A stretch of DNA of 64,000 bases, taken from Octopus vulgaris (taxonomy: Eukaryota). The DNA lies in assembly GCA_951406725.2 (NCBI GenBank), contig OX597814.1, positions 132,804,001 to 132,868,000 on the forward strand, in the 5' to 3' direction. The notes under the pieces were generated by a model. It ran no database searches. It worked only from the letters and a program-made list of their open reading frames with translations, and was not told where the DNA came from. The position numbers and the translations under genes are program-made. This document shows positions 55,467-64,000 of the stretch, piece after piece (the stretch's first letter is position 1; the number at the start of each line of letters is the position of its first letter).

Positions 55467-55807
55467 CTTTTTAAAGTTATCACTACAGGTCTTGTATAGA
55501 AATTAGAGCCAGCACTAAAAGTTACGACGTTTCATATTCGAATACGTCTATGTAAACCATGCTATCGGAAATAGAAAATAAGTACTGGGTATATGAATAT
55601 TTCAGTTCTTACTCCTTTTTCAGCATCACCCACCCATTAATCATCCACGAGCACAATGCTTCGATAGCCGCTAACTTTAGCGATACAACACAATTTGATA
55701 TACCAGATTCAACTATTAAACAGATTCCTAGTAAGCAGTAATTACATATTAATTTCTTCTAGGGACACCTTATTTAGGGCCACCTTATTTTTGCAACCAT
55801 AATATAT

Positions 55808-56002
55808 GGGTTTCAAATTTTGGCACACGACCACCAATTTTTGATTACCACGACCCTAGCGCTCAACTGGTACTTATTTTATCGTGCCGAAAGGATAAAA
55901 TGCGAAATGGAACTGGTCGGAATTTGAACTCAAAACCTAAAAACGGACGAAATGTCGCTAAGTATTTTGTTATGCGTGCTATTAATTCTGCTAGTTCACC
56001 TC
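55808..56002 (-). mobile_element. SINE family A
   Basis: GGTTTCAAATTTTGGCAC..CTCAACTGGTACTTATTTTATCG..GGAATTTGAACTC..AATTCTGCTAGTTCACC. Confidence 0.8.
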
Positions 56003-56879
56003 TTTTAAAGGCTTACACGTGTATACGGTGTCCTTCCAGGAGTGACTTATACGCCTTTAATATACCATGTAGTATATTATGGTTGCATAAGCAAACATTG
56101 TGTTCCAGCCAGCAATTAATGTGTGTGTTTCTGCGTGTGTGTGTTTGTGTGTGTGTGTGTGTGTGCATGTGTCTGTATGTGTGTGTGTGTGCGTGTGTGT
56201 GTGTATGTGTATGTGTGTACGTGTGTGTATGCCGATTTCGAAATTATATCTTAACTCTCACTGTACATTTTCCTTTTTCTCATTCCTTTTCACTCTCATT
56301 TATCGACTTTCTCTCTCACTTCTCTCTCTCTCTCTCTCTCTTACCTCTGTCCCGCACCCTCACTTCTCTCTCTCCCTATTTCTCTCCCTCTTTCTCTCCC
56401 CCTTTCTCCCCCTCTCACACTCTTTGTCAGACTCTCTCTCTCTATTTATTGCTTTATTATTATTATCATTTACAAAATACTAGAACATAGATGCACCTCA
56501 CGAATTTCATGTGATAAATTTATCCCACTATGCGTTACATGACCTTTGTATAACGATGTTTAGGACAAAGTCACCAGCAAAAAGCCGGTATGAAAAAATA
56601 ACATAATTAGTGAAACGAATGAATTCATGGAAGCTCAACAAGTGGTGCGAGAAGAGAGAAGAAAACAGCTTCATTAAGCACTTAAATTGGATTTTCTCAG
56701 CTTTATTAAGTGAGTGAGGTTGAGCTTTTAAAGCATGGACTGGTTTTGACTAAAGCTAGTCGTATATTGCACGTTTGAAATCTATCGAATACTTTAATTA
56801 CATCTACTCATCGCTCACACCAATACATACACACACACACACCACACATCAACTCTCCACAATTTTGCTTCTTTTCTTA

Positions 56880-57270
56880 TCTTCTCTCCCTCTCTCTCTC
56901 TCTCCATCTCTCTCTCCCTCTCCATCTCTCTCTCCTTCTCCATCTCTCTCTCCCTCTCCATCTCTCTCTCCCTCTCCATCTCTCTCTCCTTCTTCCTCTC
57001 CCTCTCTCTCTCTCCCTCTCCATCTCTCTCCCCTCTCCCTCCCCATCTCTCTCTCCCTCTCCATCTCTCTCTCCCTCTCCATCTCTCTCTCCCTCTCCCT
57101 CCCTCTCTCTCTCTCCCTCTCCCTCTCTCTCCCTCTCCCTCTCCCTCTCCCTCTCCAATTCTTCCTCTCCCTCTCCATCTCTCTCTCCCTCTCCCTCTCT
57201 ATCCCCATCTCCCCCTCCCCCTCCCCATATCCCTCTCTCCCTCCCCATCTCCCCCCCTCTTTCTCTCTTG
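56880..57270. repeat. Polypyrimidine tract with ~18-bp (CTCTCTCTCCCTCTCCAT) minisatellite units
   Basis: Directly visible. Confidence 0.9.
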
Positions 57271-57715
57271 AATGTCTCTGATTTATTTTGTTTTCAATCT
57301 GTATCTGAATCTGTTTTCATACTTTCTCATTCACATACTTCTCTCAGCTTTTCTTTCGCTCCATTCAAAAAACATACTACACATGCAAACTCGTTATCCT
57401 TGTTTCATTTTCTCTTTCTCTTCTCTTCTCTTCTATTCTCCATTTCTCTCTTACGTTCTCTTCCTTACACACCTTCTTACTCACACGATCTATCAATGAT
57501 GTTTTATTCCGGTTTTTACTTTACCATAGCAGTTTTATTTCCCCCTTCCCCCTCTTTCTCACTCCCTCTCATACTATCTCATTCACACATCTATGTTCAA
57601 CCCTTTCTTTTCAGTGTCTAGTTTTAAGTTTCTTTATTCTCTTTCAAATTGTCTCACATACACACAGACACACACATAAGCACACATACCTACAGATACA
57701 CACACACACACACAG

Positions 57716-57761
<46 letters not shown>

Positions 57762-58443
57762 GCGCACACACATGTACCCACACATTCACGCTCACGTTCG
57801 TTCGTTTGTTTCAAATCATTCTTTTCTGCTGGTATGGTTCATTCTTTGGCTAGGAATAAAGAAGCGTAGTAAGATGAAAACAAGCGATAGAGGACAAGTT
57901 TCAACAGATGCAGTCGTAAAAGAATGTATAGTAAAATGTACAGATAAAAAAAAGCATACAAAAGCAAAAAAATATCCTAGAATATTCCTTTGCATATGTT
58001 CTTGTTTGCAAACGTCGAAGTAAATGTAAATTGTAAAGACTAAAGACCTGAAACCATAATATTTTTAAGTTAGCAGAAGTGGAATGAGACTGGACACACA
58101 CGCAACTTGCTTACGACAGGAGATGAGAGTGACAGATATAAACAATCTTTGATATAAACAAGCTATTGGACATATTTAAAAGGTGTTTAAAACGTCACAA
58201 CATATTTTTCCAAAATCACAAGTTTATCCACTCACACAAGCAATCAGACATAAAATTGCATGCAAACTCTGATAATTCATTAACCCACAGTCTTACATAC
58301 AGATATTCACATTCTAAGGGGCTGTTTTAGCCTAAACACAACGTGTGGAAAGTTACCCATATACTTGAAGGCGATAAAAGTGTAAACATATAAAACTAAG
58401 TAAAAATATTGCAAAATTTCGATATATTTTGGATACCCCATCG

Positions 58444-58475
<32 letters not shown>

Positions 58476-58555
58476 AACAATACACGCACACATGTCTATA
58501 TATTATACACCATATAGGGTATAGTGAATAATCTAAAATTAACGTAGGTATTTTT

Positions 58556-58925
58556 TCTTTTCTTGTTTTATTTGTTTCAGTCTTCTGAATGCGGCCATGT
58601 TGGAATACCGCCTTGAAGGGTTTTGGTCGAACTAATCGAGCTCAGGAATTTTTTTTAAGTAGAGTACTTATTCTACCGTTTTTTTGTCGAACCGCTATGT
58701 TACAGGGACGTAAACACACCAACACCGGTTTTCAAGCAGTGATGGGGACAAATATTAACAAACATATACGATGGGCTTTTTTCAGTTTCATCAACTAAAT
58801 CCACTCACAAGGCTTTGGTCGGCCCGAGGCTATAGCAGAAGACACTTGCCCAAGGTGCCGCACAGTGGGACTGAACTCGAAACCATCTAGTTGGGAAGCA
58901 AGCTTCTTATTACATAGCCATGCCT
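58556..58925 (-). mobile_element. SINE family B
   Basis: CCACTCACAAGGCTTTGGTCGGCCCGAGGCTATAGCAGAAGACACTTGCCCAAGGTGCC..GGGACTGAAC. Confidence 0.9.
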
Positions 58926-59321
58926 AGAATTTTAAAATATAAGCCCTGCAGAGATATAAACGCGTTTGCATTTGTTTACATTTTCCAGCGAGATTTATTA
59001 ATAAAAATTGTAAATATGCGTATATTTAATTGCATAAATCATAAAATAGAAAAAAATAGCATCCCTGTGCAATGATTGCACAGTTATGTAACTGTTTTAT
59101 AGAAATGCTATCAAACTTTCATTGGCATAAAATGAGAATATTTGTAGTCTGATGAGTGAACAAATAGAAATGAAACAAACCGGAACAATCCCAATATTTC
59201 CTTTCCCTCTGTAAAATATAAGCCTGAATTTACATTAGATTACACTTAGCAATAAAACTGTAGGCAAACCTATATGAAATATTAGATCGCATATATGTGG
59301 ATATATAATTTTTGTAAAGTG

Positions 59322-59580
59322 TTTCAGTTTCAAACCTTGCGGTCATGCTGGGGGCACCAACGTTGACCGTGTTACACTATTATTTGAAACCTCCTCTGAT
59401 AGGTGGCATTTGGTCAATGAGGGAGTTTGATGCCGCTGCCCTCATCCTGCCGTGATGTTGGCTCGTCTGGAACCTTTGACCGGAAGAGATCCAGTTTTGT
59501 TTTAAAGATACTTATATCCACACACACATACACACACAGACGCACGCACACACACACAAACACACACACAAACACACACA

Positions 59581-59640
<60 letters not shown>

Positions 59641-59780
59641 CGACGGGCCTCTTTCCTTTTCTGTCAATCAAATCCACTCACAAGGCTTTGATCAGCCTGA
59701 GTTTAAGAAGACACTTCTTCAAGGTACAGTGCAATGGGTTGAGAAGCAAACAAATTTCTTATCACACACCAACGCCTTCA
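59322..59780 (-). mobile_element. SINE family B, diverged
   Basis: GTTTCAG..GCGGTCATGCTGGGGGCACC and ACGACGGGCCTCTTTC..AAATCCACTCACAAGGCTTTG matches. Confidence 0.7.
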
Positions 59781-59791
59781 CCTCTTTGTGC

Positions 59792-59825
<34 letters not shown>

Positions 59826-60120
59826 TTTGTGTGTGTGTGTGTGTGTACGTATGTATGTATATACATATATATGTATGTATATATGTATATATAATCAAAA
59901 TAAGTAGTAATGCAGTACGACCCTTTCAAGCGACTCCACTTAATTGAAGAATGCAATCATTACATCAATTTAAATGTAGTGCTATCTTCAGCTGCACAAA
60001 TATGGCTTTTTAACAGACAAGATATATGAATATAATTTTGCTTAAATACTTTAATAGAGTAAGAGGAGGGAAGAATTTCATGTTGTCAACTGATTCTTAA
60101 TTACTTCTTATAAATATAAT

Positions 60121-61320
60121 GTGGATTGGCAGATCGTGTCCGCCCTCCCTTGTCGGTTTCGTGATGCTGTGGACAAGAATTTTCCAGGGAGTATCAGGTG
60201 CCGTTCCGTTATCAATTCACACCGAGTTGGGATAGGTTTTTCAAACACCAGGGGCCTTTTGCAGGTCATCTCTTCGCATGGCAGTGGGTTGTTGAGTGCA
60301 GGTTCACTTCATGAGAATAATAACAGTGATGTTGTTAGCGCTGATCATTCTTTGGGCAATAGTAGCAGCAGTATTGATGTTTTTGATATGGGTTCGGGTC
60401 GTGTTCGTTTCCTTAGCGGTGGTTCTGGGCCTGGAGTCTCTGTTTATCAATGTAAAATTGCTTCCGGTTCTGACGTCTTTTTTGTGTTGGTAGCTCATCG
60501 TCTCGGTTTTCGAGGGGAGTATCTGGCCATTGCTCTACGTTTGGAGGTGTCAATGAGCGCAGCAGAGCTGGGCTTGGTGAATTGGTTTGGTCTCTAGGGT
60601 GGAATGGTGGACAATTCAATTTGAAGTAGGGGTTTCTATCTGGATCCTTCCCATGACAGAGGTGGTCTTTTTTTCTGCTCTGTAACGAAGAACAATTTCT
60701 CATACTTTTCTCAGTGAATTATCTTCTAAACACGTTTAATGAACGCCTTCCTCGTTGTAAACATTGGCCAATATATACCTTTAATACCTATAGGTAATTT
60801 CTACCAATCTACAAAATACAACCTTTAACTGTCTTCTTACATTTCATTTCCACTTCATATATCTATTTCTACGCTTTTAAACTTTATTTCCATTCATCTA
60901 TCATACTGTATTTTTTCACTCTTAATTTTCTGTAATTTTTTTTTCTTTCTCTTCCTTCTCTTTCTCGTTGAATCTCTTAACGCGATTTAAAAAATAATAA
61001 CATGCTAGCGTTCCCTTTCATCATATACGCGGTAATCATATTCGGTTAAAATGGCTTATTGATGCGTTTTGCTTCTCTGTTTCCCCTGACGAGATGACTG
61101 TATTGTTTTACATCAGTTTTATTCTCTCCGGAATAATCTCAATGTTTTCTTCGAAACATATGTTGGAAGTATAAATGATTTGAATAACGCCTGTGTTTGA
61201 CTCCATATCTTAATTTATCCATTTATACAAAGATATTTCACTTAACCCTGGACTTTCTGCCTTTATAAGTAGGCTGTAATATCCTTGGCACTTATGTAAA
61301 TTTTTGCTACCCTGGAAACT
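60121..61320 (+). mobile_element. 5'-truncated Penelope-like element: RT linker + GIY-YIG endonuclease pseudogene (60121-60797) and 3' pLTR; apparently A-to-G hypermutated
   Basis: DKNFP..RSVINSHRV.IGFSNT..LLQVISSH..LL, VYQCKI..[frameshift]CVG...RF....H.STF.......GL..LVWSL and LCNEE..LI......LLN..NE....CKH match the Penelope C-terminal motif order. TA-rich repeats follow. Confidence 0.85.
61080..61168 (+). ncRNA. Hammerhead ribozyme-like motif in the PLE 3' region (long stem II, degenerate)
   Basis: TTTCCC-CTGACGA-GATGA...TCTTC-GAAAC-ATAT-GTT-GGAA: intact core, palindromic ACATATGT stem III, stem I TTCC/GGAA. Confidence 0.55.
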
Positions 61321-61404
61321 ATTTATTTATTTTTTCGTACTATCTGTACGCATTGAAAAATTACGCATACATTTATATATATACGCACATATATATACAA
61401 ATGT

Positions 61405-61458
<54 letters not shown>

Positions 61459-61521
61459 GTATATATTACTATATACGTGTATTTATACGTAGTGTACATA
61501 TGAATATGTATGTATGTATAC

Positions 61522-61892
<371 letters not shown>

Positions 61893-61903
61893 TATATATA
61901 TAC

Positions 61904-61966
<63 letters not shown>

Positions 61967-62011
61967 AAAGATATATGTACACACATGCACACATATACAT
62001 ACATACATACA

Positions 62012-62050
<39 letters not shown>

Positions 62051-62613
62051 ATATTGACTTTATCTTCCTCCTTTTACACGTTTTTTTCTCTTATCTAATT
62101 TTCTAAGTCACACATCTATTTCTCCCACTGACATCAAAGAAAAAATTTACACCTTGTTTTCGTCTTCCACGACGTTGATTTCGATCATATGCGTTTCTTT
62201 CTCTGTGTGTGTGTGTGTGTGTGTCTGTTGTGTGCTTATGTGTGTGTTTATTTCTGTGTGTATGTGTGAGTGTTTGCGAGTGCGTGTGTGTGAGGGTTTT
62301 TGTGTGTGTGTGTGTGTGATGTCTACATATTTACTGATTTATGACTATTCGCTTTCAATTTCTTTCCTGTTTGGTTTATTGCTCATCTATAGCTCTATAT
62401 AATCTCTCACTACTCTCTTTTCAAGCTGACTTAGCACGTTTTGTCAAGCCTTCCTCTATTATTTATTTCTTTTCACAGTTCTTCTTCCTCTTCCCTTTCC
62501 TCTTCCTCTCTCTCTCACTCTCTCTTCCTCTCTCTCTCCCTCTCTCTCTCCCTGTCTCCCTGTCTCTCTCCCTCTCTCTCTCCCTGTCTCCCTCTCTCTC
62601 TCACTCTCTCTAA

Positions 62614-62644
<31 letters not shown>

Positions 62645-63202
62645 GTTCTCCCTTTCTGTCTTGTCTTTCTCACAACAGTGTGTCTCTTCCTTTGGTAACA
62701 TTATCCTTGGAAAAAGTTTGAGAGAATTTTACCTGGATTTCCTCCTTTAGTTTTATGCTTATATTTTTGCTCATCCATATGCCAACAATCCCTTGTCTGT
62801 GGTTTTAAAAAGAAGGCAAAAGAAAATTCAAAATCAAAATGAGAAAGGAAACAATTTCACAAATCAAAAAAAGATACTAATATAAATACTAGTTGTGGGA
62901 AAAAACGTATCTCATTTTCGAAATCCGCCGTCTTCTTGCCGTAAATATAAGAAACTAGCAACTAAGTATGGCCCTGATATAATCAACTAAACACTTCTTC
63001 ACAAAATATATGGCTTCCTCTATATGATAAATCAATACAGAATAAGATTAAGGGACATTTCTCCAAATTAACCTTAAAAGACCGAAACAAGATTTTCTCG
63101 GTTACCTACAAAGGATCCACACGTATGTTTAACAAAAGTAATTTATAAACAAATATATTCAACTCTTTTCCACACTACTAAGAAATTTCATGAAAAATGA
63201 AG

Positions 63203-63364
63203 CAGGCTGTGTGGTAAATAGATTGATAACCAATCACATGGTTCCGGGTTCAGTCCCACTGCGTGGCACCTTGGGCAAGTGTCTTCTGCTATAGCAACGG
63301 GCCGACCAATGCCTTGTGAGTGGATTTGGTAGACGGAAACTGAAAGAAGCCTGTCGTATATATG

Positions 63365-63395
<31 letters not shown>

Positions 63396-63608
63396 TTGTG
63401 TGTCTGTGTTTGTCCCCCTAGCATTGCTTGACAACCGATGCTGGTGTGTTTACGTCCCCGTCACTTAGCGGTTCGGCAAAAGAGACCGATAGAATAAGTA
63501 CTGGGCTTGCAAAGAATAAGTCCCGGGGTCGATTTGCTCGACTAAAGGCGGTGCTCCAGCATAGCCGCAGTCAAAGTATTTGAAACAAGTAAAAGAGTAA
63601 AAGAGTAA
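63203..63608 (+). mobile_element. SINE family B, well-preserved full-length copy
   Basis: GGCTGTGTGGTAA (A-box-like), GGTTCAGTCCC (B-box-like), GGCACCTTGGGCAAG core, internal microsatellite and (AAAGAGT) tail. Confidence 0.95.
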
Positions 63609-64000
63609 ACAGAATGTAAAATTCAGTGCATTTCTGAAACAAAGCAGACTTCTCTAGAAAGCGAAATTTTGTGTATGAAAATTTTAACCGCATTTCCTAA
63701 ACTATGGTTGTGACACTATAAATTTCACCAGAAATATAATATTAATCCTCAGAAATCAGATTACTCTTTTTATAAAATATAAATATTTAAGATAAATTAT
63801 ATAGACGTTCGGGATTAGTTTTTATCATTTGGGTAGTCGGTTTGAGTGCGGTGGGCGCACGAAGAAGATGCCGCTAATTTTTCTTGTTCATTTACTGTGT
63901 CGACCGATGCATATGGATCCAGAACAGGACAATAATCAAGATATTGTTTAAAACATCTTATTAAGAGCTAATTCCCTGAATACTGATATCAATGGGAACC

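Overview
AT-rich animal genomic DNA with very dense microsatellites ((TA)n, (CA)n, (GATA)n, (ATAC)n, (TAA)n, (GAA)n, (CT)n). The repeat content most resembles an octopus/coleoid cephalopod genome (inference). I found no intact host protein-coding gene; nearly all ORFs in the track are microsatellite translations. The window is mostly transposon remains: two abundant SINE families, mariner and maT-like transposase relics, a 1.06-kb Tc1/mariner-type MITE with 381-bp TIRs, R4/Dong-like, Tx1/L1 and RTE LINE fragments, and several Penelope-like (PLE) pieces with minimal hammerhead ribozymes. Main observations: (1) a Penelope RT-linker/GIY-YIG copy at ~60.1-60.7 kb whose motif-breaking codons are systematically explained by sense-strand A-to-G change, as expected if an ADAR-hyperedited RNA was reverse-transcribed into the genome; (2) different retroelement clades each abutting a different microsatellite (Tx1 in GATA, R4 in TAA, a second R4 at ATAC, PLE at TA); (3) a head-to-head double-hammerhead hairpin at 2.6-2.75 kb; (4) a twin-primed RTE insertion; (5) possible decayed host exons, including an ankyrin-like motif, and a CpG-rich trinucleotide island at 38-40 kb.
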